Shown piece after piece: positions 36,958 through 54,351 of a DNA stretch of 64,000 nt. Source of the stretch: Octopus sinensis. Taxonomy: Eukaryota. The translations under genes and the position numbers were made by a program. Every line of letters starts with the position of its first letter. Position 1 is the stretch's first letter. The notes beneath the pieces were generated by a model, which saw only the letters and a list, made by a program, of their open reading frames with translations, was not told the DNA's origin and ran no database searches. The stretch lies in contig NC_042999.1 of assembly GCF_006345805.1 (NCBI RefSeq), forward strand, positions 157,294,001 through 157,358,000, read 5' to 3'.

Positions 36958-37380
36958 TTATATTTACTTAATTTGTCAAATTCCTTTACAGATATATTTT
37001 TATCAGTGGGAACACTGACACCTATTAGTCTACAAGTATTTTCTTTCCTGTCTTTGATAATTATGTCTGGTCGATTAGCCGGATTGCTCTGTCGGTGTTG
37101 ACTAGAAAATCCCAGAGGATCGTGACCAGGATGATGTTCATACCAGTAAGCAGGAGTGCTGATTTTGTAGAGTTTACATATTTTACAATATAAATACTGT
37201 CCTACCCTATCGTGGCGATTTTTGTATTCATTTGGTGTCAACATAGGACGTTCCAAAACGAGATGGTTTATCGTTTCATCAAATGACACACAATCTGCAT
37301 TTAGAGTCAGTACCGTTTTGAAAAACGTTAGCCTAATAGTTTCGCATAAGTAAGCTTTGATTTTGTGCCACCAATATAAA
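36958..37380 (-). mobile_element. R4/Dong-like REL endonuclease fragment
   Basis: ETINHL...EYKNRHDRV..YL..IC...WYEH.P...ANRPDIIIKD...DKLSKY motifs. Begins next to a (TAA)n tract. Confidence 0.85.
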
Positions 37381-37645
37381 TCTTTATTATTATTATTATT
37401 ATTATTATTAAGGCGGCGAGTTGAAAGAATTGTTAGCACATCTGGCAAAATGCGTAGCTGCATTTCATATCTTTATGTTCTGAGTTCAAATTCAGCCAAG
37501 GTCAACATGGCGCTTCATCATGTTGGGATCGATAAAATAAGTACTTGTTGAGCACTGGGAATGATATAATCAACTTACCCATTCCCTTGTACTTGCTGGC
37601 CTTGTGTCAAAACTTGAAACTATTATTATTATTATTATTATTTTT

Positions 37646-38703
37646 GCGTGAGAGAGCAGTGCATGCCATCAAAGTGACACTGGGGTACAAATATATGAAG
37701 CCCAGTATACCCATCCTGACTACCCCTCTGATAAAGGTACACCAGGCACATGCATCACAACTATATGTGCACGACATAGTGATCTCATATCAAGATAAAC
37801 AGTGCATGATCTTGCAGGTGGGGTCCAGCTAGAATTTTCTTCTGGTCGAGTAACCCATCCCGCTCAAATGGTCCCTGAATAAGGGCTGTTTAAGGATGTT
37901 GAAAGAACCACCATGTTTCCAGAGGTGAATTATTCAAACCCCAAAGAATCCTTCTCAACACATGGCTACGATGCTCCCCAACTACTTCTGCTCGTGATCA
38001 GAGATGCACATATTGTCAGCCACTAAGGGACATGCTCAACTGGTTACGGTCAAACAACTGACAAGCTAATCTGTGGTATTGAGCAGAGTATTTGCTGTAG
38101 CCCATCTTTTATACCAAAACAAAACACTGTACATGATGACACTTCCAATCGGTTAACATCAGAAGCCATGAGAGCCACTGCCTGGTACTGCATCAGGGCA
38201 TTTTATCATTATTATTATTATTATGATTTTCAACTCTTTGTCACTCATTCATACATAACCAGACTGTCAAAATATCATTCAAACCAATAAAATATTTATT
38301 GCATTCACATCGTGCTCTTCATATTGACTTAATAATAATAATAATAATAATAATAGAGCAGAAGTAGTGGAGGAGCATCATAGCCATGTGTTGAGAGGGA
38401 TTCTTTGGGGTTTGAATAATTCACCTCTGGAGACATGGGTGGTTTTTTCAACATCCTTAAACAACCCTTATTCAGGGACAGTTTGAGCGGGATGGGATAC
38501 TCAACCTGAAGAAAATTCTAACTGGGCCCCACCTGCAAGGTCATGTGCAGTTTATCTTGATATGAGATCACCATGTCGCGCACATATGGTTGTGATGCAT
38601 GTGCCTGGTGTACCCTTATCAGAGGGGTAGTCATGATAAGTATATTGGGCTTCGTATATTTTACCCCAGTGTCACTTTGATGGCATGAACTGCTCTCTCA
38701 CTC
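37646..38703. mobile_element. Two inverted copies of the (TAA)n-tailed element
   Basis: 37646-38197 (-) and 38355-38703 (+), each embedded in TAA/TAT repeats. Confidence 0.8.
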
Positions 38704-39677
38704 AATAATAATAATAATAATAATAACTAGTTGGACCCGTGAAAAATTCACGGAAAACATAAAAAAATGTAAGCATCTGTAAACATTGTACTGGTGCCAT
38801 GAGAAATGTTTGTATATTATGACCGTCAGACTTTACGTTCTGAGTTCAAATTCTACCGAGGTTGACTTTTGGGGTCGATAAATTAAGTAACAGTTGTGTA
38901 CTGGGGCTGATCTAATCAACTGGCCCCTTCCCCACAAAAATTTCTGGAAGAGACCTTGTGGTAGGCTCCACACCAGATGGCTGGATGTAATTGGGGAAGA
39001 TCAACATCACCTTGGAGGATGCAGAGAGGCTGTCACAGGACCACCAGCAATGGAGAGCACTGGTGGACCTGGTCAGCTCTATGCATGATAACATCTCTGG
39101 GACCACTAACCTGGGATGACCCCAGCCCTCATCAAGCAAGCAGCAAGTAAAGGTAATAGCAAATTTTTCTCGAAGAAAGTAGCTTGTATTACTGTTTGGC
39201 ATTGAAATACAAACAGTAAGGGCATTTCAAAACTCAGTAACTTTTCATCCTTTTCATTTAGCCAACTGAGGGATCTTCCTTAGCCCTTTTATAAAAGTGA
39301 TAGAGATCCTAGTTCCATGCAAAGATCTACTGAAATTTCTACGACATACAATAGGTGACCCTAGTCTCTCATCCAGCCACTGTGTATGGAGTAGTACTCC
39401 CTCATGCTGAGTTTCAGTTCATTTTCCCTCTCTTGATTACTACTACGATCTTCTCTAAAAAAATATACTTCATATTTCTCCAGAGAAGATAAGGAATTAT
39501 TTTTTTATCAGACTTCAGTCTCAGTGAATATTATTCATTATACATAAAACAAATAATCCCCTAAAGCTGAAGTGATTGACTTTGATACCATACTGTGCAT
39601 GTGTGAATATGTACATGTATGTATATGTATGCATACATGTATGTACATACATACTAAACCATCTTTGATATTTATAT

Positions 39678-40312
39678 GTGAAGTGTCAGATTCTCACCAC
39701 TCTCTTCTACGGCTTGGAGACCTGGGTCACCTACCACAGTCACATCCGTCTCATCCACCAGCGATGTCTCCGCACCATCCTCAACATTCACTGGAGTGGC
39801 TTCGTCACAAACATTGGAGTTTTGGAGCAGGCCGAGATCCCCAGCATTGAATCTATGCTACTGAAGTACCACCTCCAATGGGCGGGGCATATCTCCAGAA
39901 TGGAGAACCATTGAGTTCCTAAGATTGCTGTTTGGTGAACTCTCCACCAGCCACTGTGAGAGAGGAGCCTCAAGGAAATGCTACAAAGACTGCCTCAAAA
40001 AGACTTTCACTGCATGTCATGTTGACCACCAATGCTGGACAGACCTGGCTGTGGACCATGATGCCTGGTGCCACACGATCTTCAATGTGGTCAATGAGTT
40101 TGAAGAACACAGAAGAGATGCGCATAAAGACAAAAGATGCAGGAGGAAGGCCCGAGCTGCCTCTGACACCACACCGGATGATACCTTCATCTGTGGACAC
40201 TGTTCACGGACCTGCCTTTCCCGAGTCGGACTTGTCAGTCATGAGCGTGCATGCACGCAACATGGACAGCCTTCCTAATCTTCGCTCTCGAAGCCAAGCC
40301 ATGATGATCTTC
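39678..40312 (+). mobile_element. RTE BovB-like 3' fragment with a C2H2 finger
   Basis: YGLETW...HQRCLRTILNIHW...WAGHISRM...LFGEL...YKDCLK...CGHCSRTCLSRVGLVSHERAC, ending GAAGCCAAGCC(ATG)n. Confidence 0.9.
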
Positions 40313-40554
40313 AATATGTATATATATATATAAAGGGGGTGAGATGGCAGAAACATTAGCACGCCAGATGAAATGCTTAGCAGTATTTCATCTGTCTTTG
40401 TTCTGAGTTCAAATTCTGCTGAGGCCGACTTTGTCTTTAATCGTTTCAGGATTGATAAATATAAATACCAGTTGTGTACTGGGGTCGATCTAATCAACTG
40501 GCCCTCTACCCCAGACTAGAAATTAATATATATTTTGACATTTTTTTTTATCAT

Positions 40555-40717
40555 AGGCGCAGGAGTGGCTGTGTGGTAAGTAGCTTTCTTACCAACCACA
40601 TGGTTCCGGGTTCAGTCCCACTGCGTGGCATCTTGGGCAAGTGTCTTCTACTATAGCCTTGGGCCCACCAAAGCCTTGTGAGTGGATTTGGTACATGGAA
40701 ACTCAATGAAGTCCATC

Positions 40718-40769
<52 letters not shown>

Positions 40770-40960
40770 ATGTTTGTGTGTCTGTGTTTGTCCCCCTAAC
40801 ATTGCTTGACAACCGATGCTGGTGTGTTTACGTCCCCGTCACTTAGAGACTGATAGAATAAGAACTGGGTTTACAAAGAATAAGTCCTGGGGTCGATTTC
40901 CTCGACTAAAGGCGGTGCTCCAGCATGGCTGCAGTCAAATGACTGAAACAAGTAAAAGAG
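40555..40960 (+). mobile_element. SINE family S2
   Basis: Full-length copy. Confidence 0.85.
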
Positions 40961-41309
40961 TAATTATTTATTTCTATTTAATTACAATTATTAAACTTTT
41001 TATCCAATTAGATATCATTTTTAAGAAAAACATTTTAAAAATAATATCTGCTTCGATATCAAAATACAGACACTTATATACTCTTTTACTTGTTTCAGTC
41101 ATTTGACTGCGGCCATGCTGCGGCACCACCTTTAGTCAAGAAAAATTGACCCCAGAACTTATTCTTTGTAAGCCTAGTACTTATTCGATTGGTCTTTTTT
41201 TTGCTGAACCACTAAGTTATGGGGACGTAAACACACCAGCATCGGTTGTCAAGCGATGTTGGGGGGGGGACAAACATAGACACACAAACATACATATATA
41301 TATATGTAT

Positions 41310-41975
41310 GAGACCTCTGGAAGTGTGCTGTGCACGAGAAGACCCGGCAGGACAAGTGAGTCCACAACCCGTGGCCTTCTACATGGGATGGAGCCAGCCT
41401 ACGTATGCATACCTTCCCTTCTTGGGACACAAAACTCTACTTGTGAAGACGTGTTGAGGCAAGTGAGGATCAGAATCGAAATCGATCAATGGAAATTGCG
41501 GATGTGCTACCAGTGCCGGTGGCATGTCGAAACTCTGCTTGTGAAGACCCATTGAGGCAAGTGAGGATCAGAATCGAAATCGATCAATGGAAATCGATCA
41601 ATGGAATTGCAGATGTGTTACCAGTGCCGGTGGCATGTAAGAGAACTTTCCGTTTCGCGACCGTTGCCAGCACCGCCCCGTTTCGTGTCCGTTGCCAGCC
41701 TCGCCTGGCCCTCGTGCCGGTGGCACATAAAAAGCACCATCCGTTCGTGGCCGTTTGCCAGCTCTGTCTGGCACCAGTGCGGGTGGCACGTAAAAAGCAC
41801 CCACTACACTCACGGAGTGGTTGGTGTTAGGAAGGGCATCCAGCCGTAGAAACACTGCCAGATTTGACTGGGCCTGATGAAGCCTTCTGGCTTCACAGAC
41901 CCCAGTAGAACCGTCCAACCCATGCTAGCATGGAAAACGGACGCTAAATGATGATGATGATGATGATGATGATAT
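41310..41975 (+). mobile_element. RTE 3' UTR fragment with an (ATG)n tail, inserted in the microsatellite of an S2 SINE
   Basis: Homologous to 50100-52150. The S2 halves lie at about 41078-41300 and 41985-42150. Confidence 0.8.
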
Positions 41976-42524
41976 ATATATACATATGTACAACGGGTTT
42001 CTTTCAGTTTCTGTATACCAAATCCACTCACAAGGCTTTGGTCAGCCCGAGGCTATAGTAAAAGACACTTGTCCAAGGTGCCAGTGCAGTGGGACTGAAC
42101 CCGGAACCATGTGGTTCGTAAGCAAGCTACTTACCACACAGCCACTCCTGCATCATTTGTTTTTGTTCTTTTGATTTTTCTTTTCTTATAAGTTAATAGT
42201 TTCTCTACTTCCATTTACATACGAAATTAACATGGAATATATTTTTATATATAAACAAATCATAAAACATAAAAACCACCAGAAGAGAAAACCAAACTCC
42301 TAGAATTTATCTACGTGTCATTTATACGGAGATAACAAAATATTGTATACATTTATCAGAATTTAAAAGTTAGAACATTCCTCCCCAGAAATGTTACTTC
42401 TTAACGTGTATCATAACTTGCTGTTACTACAAAAAATACATACAAAAACAAATGTTAATAAACTAAAGGTTAATTTTTGCAGGTTAATTTCAAGTTTTAA
42501 AATGTGTTAAACCTTACTGAAATC

Positions 42525-42830
42525 CATCATCATCATTATCATCATCGTTTAACGTCCGCTTTCCATGCTAGCATGGGTTGGACGGTTCAACTGGGGTCTG
42601 GGAAGCCAGTAGGCTGCACCAGGCCCAGTCTGATCTGGCAGTGTTTCTACAGCTGGATGCCCTTCCTAACGCCAACCACTCCATGAGTGTAGTGGGTGCT
42701 TTTTACGTGCCACCAGCACAGGTGCCAGACGTGGCTGGCAACGGCCACATTCGGATAGTTTTCTTACGTGCCACCGACACTAGTATCACAACTACAATTT
42801 CCATTGATTTTGATCGATTTCGATTTGTTT
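42525..42830 (-). mobile_element. RTE 3'-end fragment
   Basis: Reverse complement of the 41.8-41.97 kb tail, with a (CAT)n tail. Confidence 0.8.
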
Positions 42831-43022
42831 TTAATAATTTACTAATTCATGGCTCCAGTTTTCAGTTAGTGAACTAAACACACACAACTGCACTTTTCTG
42901 TTTCACAGGCAGTCACAATTTAAAGTTATGTGTTATTTTGTTTCTCTATATCTTAATAGTTACAACTTGATCATAGAGCACAACCAGTTCCTTCAGATTT
43001 CAGATATCACTTTATTACACTA

Positions 43023-43387
43023 CTAGCACTATGACTCAGCAACGCCGGGTCATACTGCTAGTGCATGCATATACAGCTGCGTGCATGCGCACATACACGC
43101 GAGTACTGTCCAAATCTCCGACCAATCACATACAGCTAGCTGGCATTCAATTGGCGTATCAAGTTTCGGGCATTTTGATTGGGTTTTGAATAGAAAATTC
43201 ACAAAAAAGTCATTTCTATTGATTTTTTTAATGGCTTTGTGTGGTGACTGGGGAAATGTAAAGATATGCACGACCACCCTTGGATGATTTTGAATGACCA
43301 TAGAAAGTGCGAGCCCTCTATCTGAAAAATTGTGGATTTGTATAAAGGACACACACACAGACATTTTGCCGATTATATATATAGAGA
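43023..43387 (-). mobile_element. Helitron-like H2 copy
   Basis: Homologous to 4081-4368. Confidence 0.6.
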
Positions 43388-44884
43388 TATTCTGCAACAT
43401 TGTCTTCTTACTATACTGATCTGAAAAAGTATTAGCACTGTCTTTTCCCTCCTCTCTCCCCAAATCTCTCTTTCCATATCACTCCACCGCTTCTTTCAGC
43501 TTCTCATCTGCATTTATGTAACTAAGCTGACAAAGCCACTTAAAGTCTCTCTAAAGAAAGACAAGAGTCTGAATTGTTGAGTAACCAACTCACTGAAATG
43601 TCCCTTCAATGAATTTTTAAGGATTAAATTTTCCCAGTGCAGGCAACCACCAATTTCCTCAGACTCCTGATTTTATTCTACTTGATTCATGATAATTTGG
43701 CACATATAACAATTTCTAACATTATTAGAACACAGTTTAACATTTTGGAGGAAGGAATGTAAATAATGAGTTTAACCCAAATACTTAACTTGATAATTTT
43801 TATCATCAGGGCAATAAAAGGTCAAGTCAACCTCGGCAGGAATTGAGCTCAGAATATAAAAAGTAAAATATCAACACTGTAATATTTGCTATCTTTTGGC
43901 AAGAACAACTAAGTACAAAGATACTTTGTTTTACATCAGAAAAACTTAATAGCTTAACATGTGACAATCTAACAGTTACTAATTAACTTAACAATTAAAA
44001 ATTTTCATTTGTTTTTTTGATTTTTCTTTTCTTATTTTACAAGTTGTAAAAAGTTGTCATATATGGCCAATATTAATGCATCCCTTAAAATTACAATTTG
44101 ATTTGATTTGTAACAATTTTCTTGATAAATTTGAAAGTTTGGTATTTCCTTTAATTAGATTTTCTGTAATCAGATGGCAAATTATTAATTGTAGGAATAA
44201 GGCAAATTAGCAAACAGTTTTTGGGTTTTTCTATCAGAATAGTTTTAATCAAAGAAAAAATAACATTAATGTCTTTAAAAATAATTATCATTGAAATACA
44301 AATTTTTGTCACTACTTTTTTATTGCTAGACATATAACAATAGAAAAGGATATTGACCATTCAAATAAAATCTAAATCTACCCTGAAAAAGTTTCATAAG
44401 AAACAAAATAGAAGATATAACAACAGATTAGTGCTTCTGTCCCATCAACACAACTGGACAGGTTCATATGTCTCAGTAAAGCAATAGTTAATAAAATCAT
44501 CACAGAAATTTCAGTATCATTAGTCAGTACACTTATTTTCACATAAACATAGAATAAACAAAAAGGATATGAATTATAAATCATAGGTATTTCAAAATTC
44601 AAAATTCATCTATGTGTTTCATTTCAGAAAATATAATTGTATAGATTGCTAGCAATGAACATTGTTCTATGAAATTCAGTTTAGCTAAGAAAATATGTAT
44701 TATGCCCAATTTTGTTGAATGGTTAATGTTAGAATGGGCATCAGATTTCACAACCACTTGCTCCAACAATTCCTGTGAATCAGAATCAATCAAGAGCTAT
44801 CCAATTCCTATTCAATGGATAAAAATTAAAATATTTCACTTGTAAATCTATTTTCGACATTTTTTATAATATAAATCTTTTCAT

Positions 44885-45090
44885 TTAAAGCCCTCCCATA
44901 CACACATATTTTATTTCTAAAAACTCATCAACACCAAATTTCCCCCCTTCTCGTCCAATACCTGATTCCTTAACTCCTCCAAATGGACATTCAGCAGCAG
45001 ATAACAAACTTTCATTGACACCAACAATCCCAGTCTCTAGCTTTTCAGCAACACGCCAAATTTGAGAAATGTCTGTTGAATAGAAGTACC
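44885..45090 (-). CDS. ALDH5A1: Succinate-semialdehyde dehydrogenase, last coding exon
   Basis: ttttctgttttcag acceptor, 206 bp. Translates (G)[67 protein letters not shown], matching the SSADH C-terminus. Confidence 0.95.
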
Positions 45091-45399
45091 CTGAAAACAG
45101 AAAAATGCAAATATGTTAAAAAAAAAATTATTTCACACTTGATATTCATTCACATATACATTTATAAAACATAATTTAGAGAAGTATTTCTATTTATACA
45201 ACCAAAGGAGGAAAAGGAAAATTCAATGTCCTTTACAAACCTCCCTCCTTAAATGAGGTTAACATAATAAGTGTTCTGCATGAACTTCTGGTGTTTGATG
45301 CCAATGAAAAAAACATGAGCGGAGAGCTTATTTCAGAAGGCATGAATTCTTGGTAAAAAGGATTAGACAAAGTTGCCTGTCAGTGTTCAGGGAAGAGAC

Positions 45400-45770
45400 A
45401 AAGTGAAAATATGAAGCATAGGTCTGAGAACCCCACCCTTTGGTCATGACACAGACCATGGGCTTGCACCTAGAAAGTTACCCTCCGAGGCACAAGTCCA
45501 GGCAAGTTTGTTTATGGAAGACCAGCAGTCGCCCATGCATACTGGCCTCTTCTCTCCACAACACCAGTGTTATCCAAGGGAAAGGCAAAGGCCGATACAG
45601 CTTGGCACCTGTGACATCGCAACTCATTTCTACAGCTGAGCGAACTGGAACTACGGGAAATAAAGTGTCTTGCTCAAGAACACAACACGTAGCCCAGTCC
45701 AAGATTCGAGCTCACAACCTCATGATCGTAAGCTCGATGCTCTAACCACTGAGCCATGCACCTCCACTTA
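45400..45770 (-). mobile_element. tRNA-derived SINE (family S4)
   Basis: Head GGAGGTGCATGGCTCAGTGGTTAGAGC followed by a TGTTCTTGAGCAAGACACTT core. Confidence 0.7.
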
Positions 45771-46964
45771 GCATAGGTAGAGACAGATGTATAGGATAGA
45801 TTTGTATAGGTGATGCAGCCGGTTATTTGAAAGGAACTGAAGCAATTATAGTATGGCTTGCAGTGAACTGTTGAATGAATTCTTGTTAATCAACTGTTGT
45901 CAAGGGTATTTCTGTGAATAACAACAGCACCATCCAGATATATGATCGGCATATTAATGTGAGTCACACCTGTATTATACAGGGGCCTACAATTAAGCAA
46001 GGCTGAAATATTTTCTGACTTTAGAAGCTTAGAAATGCAACTTTAACAATGTTATATTTGGATTGTTGCCATTAGAGATAAGAAATCATGATATATAGCA
46101 TCGTTATTTGAAAAGTTTGAAAAGGTTTTAGTTATGAGTTGTTCATGAAAGGAAAATTCATTGACAGTGTTTTTGTACAGTTTAAAGCAGTCATGGTCAA
46201 GCTATGGTCCACAAGGCTATCTGAGAGAAAATAACCTTCAGGTTTTTAATAGTGAATGATGAGCCATGTCTCATGCAGCTCATCTTTTTATAAATGTTGC
46301 CTATACCTGGTTTAAAGAAACAAAATAGAGGAAGTTTTTCAAGGTGTGAGGTGAGATATCTAAATTCTACATAGACAATATTCGATGGGAAAATAAGTAG
46401 CAATAAAACTTTTGGAAGAATCGGGTTGACAGGTAATATCCAGAAAACTACTCCATCTTTCCTCCACTCCTCTTTCTCAATACAACAGCAACAAATAGCC
46501 ACATTCAAGGCAACATCATTTCTAGTGATTGCATGTTGGATGGGGAAATTATTCAAAATTTCTCAGGGATGCCTCTGCATCCTTTAGAAGGCTCAGAAAT
46601 AAACTTCTGAAGTAAACATCACAACCTCCAAACCAAGGTTCTTGTCTGTTGGGCAGATTCTTTTCTTTCTTTGTAATCTCCTGTGTAGATGCAAGACACG
46701 GATCACATACAACTAGCACATTAAAATCCCCTAAGTCTTTATTTAATGGGGTTTTTTTTCTGCTCTATCCCCCACCCTCATTGCATAAGGTCTCTTTTAC
46801 TCTTTTACTTGTTTGTAAGTACTGGGCTTACAAAGAATAAGTCCTGGGGTCGAATTGCTCGACTAAAGGCGGTGCTCCAGCATGGCCGCAGTCAAATGAC
46901 TGAAACAAGTAAAAGAGTAAAGATTGAAAAACATGAAGATTAGGGATATTGTAGTCTCCAAGCC

Positions 46965-47195
46965 AAGGAGCTGGTAGAAACGTTAGCACGCCGGGCGAAA
47001 TTCATAGCAGTATTTCGTCTGTCGATACGTTCCGAGTTCAAATTCCGCCAAGGTCGACTTTGCCTTTCATCCTTTCGGGGTCGATAAATTAAGTACCAGT
47101 TACGCACTGGGGTCGATGTAATCGACTTAATCCCTTTGTCTGTCCTTGTTTGTCCCCTCTATGTTTAGCCCGTTGTGGGTAGTAAAGAAATATAT
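46965..47195 (+). mobile_element. SINE family S1
   Basis: Full copy. Confidence 0.85.
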
Positions 47196-47856
47196 TCCCA
47201 CAAATATATAATAAGAAAATATATATTAGCAATGGAGGCAGTATTAATACCAAGAGATAATGTGTATTTCCACTTAAAAACGGATGTTCTGTTGGAACAA
47301 ACTATACTGTGGTAGATACCATGAGAGAAACTCTCATATTGGCTATTGGTGCAAAATGTACTCTTGAATTTTGTTGTAGTAACTAGTTTGTAAAAGTTGC
47401 TTTGTGTAGGCTGTTTAAATAAAAAAAACATTAGACAAGCTGCTTATGTATTTAGTACAGCAAGACAACAGGGTAACAGAATTAGCTTGACGGCTGAAAA
47501 TTCATTTACTGCTTCCGGAGCCTTTTACCAATGCCAGCACTAACCACCATGGAAGCTCTGTTGAAGGATTACAGATCCGAAATGTGCCCACACATATTAA
47601 GTTATACTTAAGCCAGAACCAGCAACAAAGCTATACACAGACCACACACCACCAGAAGGTACCATCCATGTATCTATCTATCTACCCATCTATCTCTCTC
47701 TCTATTTCACCATCCATCTATCCTTCTATCTGTCTATCTATGTATCTATCTATCCATCTCTCTCTCTCTCTCTCTGCCAGTCTATCTCTCCATATATCTA
47801 TCTATCCTTCTATCTGTCCGTCTATCTGTATATTTATCCACCCATCTATCTATCTA

Positions 47857-48599
47857 TTAGGTTGTCAAGAAAGGTTCTTGCAGAATTTTTAATTTTGGTT
47901 TTAAATTAGGCATTTTCAAATTAATTTTCATCAAATTACTTTGACTTTATATATCATTTTAAAGCCCATTTTTTGCTCTATCTAATTATGTTACTCTTTT
48001 TCTTTTTGAATAATTAAGCCATTTTTTCTGGAATGTTGAATACGACATGAACAAAAAGCAAATTCGATGCATTTGGCCCGGAACCACTAATGAATGTACA
48101 GCACAATGGTGGTTCAAGAAATTTCGTAGTGGTGACAAGAATCTTGAAGATGATAAGAGTAGTGGTCGGCCATCAGATGTTGACAATGATAACTAAGAGC
48201 CTTAGTCATAGCCAATCCACACACAACTGTTCAAGAGCTTGCTTCTGAATTAGATATAACATATATGACAATTTCCAACCACTTGAAAGAGATTGGAAAA
48301 ACAAAAATACTTGAGAAATGGGTGCCACACAAATTGAACGACGACCAAAAGAAGCGCTGTTTTGAAGTGTCGTCTTCCCTTCTTTTATGCAACAAGAACG
48401 ACCCATTTCTCAACCGTGTTGTGACTTGTGATGAAAAGTGGATTCTTTACAACAACCAGTGATGCTCAGCTCAGTAGTTGGATGCAGACGAAGCTCCACA
48501 GCACTTCCCAAAGCCAAAGTTGCACCAAAAGAAGGTCATGGTGACTGTTTGGTGGTCTGCAGCCAGTCTCATCCACCAACGCTTTTTGGATCCAGACAA

Positions 48600-48600
<1 letters not shown>
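47857..48600 (+). mobile_element. Mariner element, 5' half (pseudogenised)
   Basis: TA-TTAGGTTG TIR. Translates WWFKKFRSGD...GRP, WVPHKL, VVTCDEKWILYNN and KKVMVTVWW, then is cut off by the RTE. Confidence 0.9.
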
Positions 48601-52251
<3,651 letters not shown>

Positions 52252-52401
52252 TTAAAATTTATAAGTTTAAATTATTTAAATAATTTTTTAATTTTAACTT
52301 TTATATTTTTTAAATAAATTTTATTTCTATGTATTGGCTTATCATGTTCACTGTTTGATTTGCCTAATAGTGGTTTTATCTCTAATTTAATATAATATAT
52401 G

Positions 52402-52445
<44 letters not shown>

Positions 52446-52947
52446 TATATATAACAACTCTTAGCCATGTGCGAGCACTTTTCAAACCATTCACATATAT
52501 GTACATTATTATCAATTTGATGTATAAATTGCTGATAAATTTTTATAGCATGCTGACTACTTGATAAACATCATTAACGCAAGTTTTATCCTTATGCATC
52601 TTTATAAGCATTTATTGTTAGTTGCCACTTCTTCAGGGTGGAATTCACTGCATTTTTCAGATAGAATCTAAATTAAATACAAGTCCAGCTGAAATGCATG
52701 TGGTGTTGACATTGTTCAAAAAATAGCCTAGATTGTAATCTTTTCAAATCTACTGGCTAAACACAAAAGGAATTTTAGTATTCTGCAGATATAAACCATC
52801 CTTAAATGGTAAGTAATAGTATCAACACTTAGTATCAGGTTACCTTAAGTATGTTTTTTACTATTATTATTCTCCCTCTCCCTAGTATTGCTACCACATC
52901 TGCTCTTATTATTATTGTTGATATTGTAAGTAATGAGCTATGGGGGG

Positions 52948-53327
52948 GGAAGCACTCCGTCGGTTACGACGACGAGGGTTCCGGTTGATCCGATCAACGG
53001 AACAGCCTGCTCGTGAAATTAACATGTAAGTGGCTGAACACTCCACAGACACATGCACCCTTAATGTAGTTCTCGGGGATATTCAGCGTGACACAGAGAG
53101 TGACAAGGCCGGTCCTTTGAAATACAGGTACAACAGAAACAGGAAGTAAGAGTGAGAGAAAGTTGTGGTGAAAGAGTACAGCAGGGATCACCACCATCCC
53201 TGGCGGAGCCTCGTGGAGCTTTAGGTGTTTTCGCTCAATAAACACTCACAACGCCCGGTCTGGGAATTGAAACCGCGATCCTTCGACCGCGAGTCCACTG
53301 CCCTAACCACTGGGCCATTGCGCCTCC
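52948..53327 (-). mobile_element. SINE family S3
   Basis: 10-bp TSD AATGAGCTAT. Confidence 0.85.
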
Positions 53328-53466
53328 ACAATGAGCTATAATTCTATTATTTTATTTGCTAATTTTATAACTAAATTTCATTTATTAAAATTTAAGGATA
53401 TCGTTAATTTCATTCCCAAATTGTTCTGTAATCCCTAGAAAAAGGTTAATCTATTTAGGAGTTTAA

Positions 53467-53686
53467 CCCTTTTGTTACCAACCCGGTTGAAACCAGCTCT
53501 GGCTCTGTAGTACAAATGTTTTATTTTCATAAGTTTTGAATTAAAATCTTCCACCAAACCTTAGTCACAATTTATGTTCCTAGCATTAGCTTAATGATAA
53601 CTAAGTTATTTTACTAAATTCTTTGTTATATTTAAAGTGATTTAAAGAAACACAGAGCATTCAAAATAAATACAGTAACAAAAGGG
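53467..53686. mobile_element. piggyBac-type MITE
   Basis: TTAA-CCCTTTTGTTAC...GTAACAAAAGGG-TTAA. A related one-ended copy ends at 17079. Confidence 0.85.
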
Positions 53687-54351
53687 TTAATTTAATTACC
53701 CTCTCAACTTGCTATTGTTTACTTGATTTCAATTCTAATTTCAACATTATATATTAAGCAATTATTCAAATTTATGAAATGTATGTTTAGCTTAGTGAAT
53801 ACAACGTATGGCACTCTCACTTCTATGGCTTAGTAATTTGAATTTTGATGTAAGAATTTGGTAAATTTCTTCCACACACACAATTCACATCATTTGCTTC
53901 CTCTACTGCATCGTTTAGCTCTACTAATTATTTCCCAGGTAATTTTATATTCTTTATTATTAACTTTTAAGGACCAAATTAGTTTACTTAAACTAGTGCT
54001 ATTTCTCTTTTTGCAATCTCTAAATGAGTTATTGTAGTTGGCAATTCTTTTTATATATGTTTTGCAAGTGCCAATGCAATATTATACCTGATCTTCTGAG
54101 ATTACCTTGCACCTATATACTGTTACTTTAGCTTTGCAGTTAAAATCAAGGGAACATAATCTATTTATTGTGCAACCACATTTTTTAATCTATAACTCTA
54201 GTATTTATATCTTGTTTGCTTCCCTGATTATTTCTTTTGTTCTTTCTGCCCCTTTTATCTTCTAATTTACATTCTGTTTCTTGATTTTCAATTTTAGTAT
54301 CACTTTCCAATATATTATTTTGGCTATTATTCACAAAGTCTCGGTTATTAT

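Noticed and set aside
41870-41900. CTGATGA followed by a hairpin as a hammerhead ribozyme
   Set aside because: There is no GAAA after stem II, and sister copies read CTGGTGCA.
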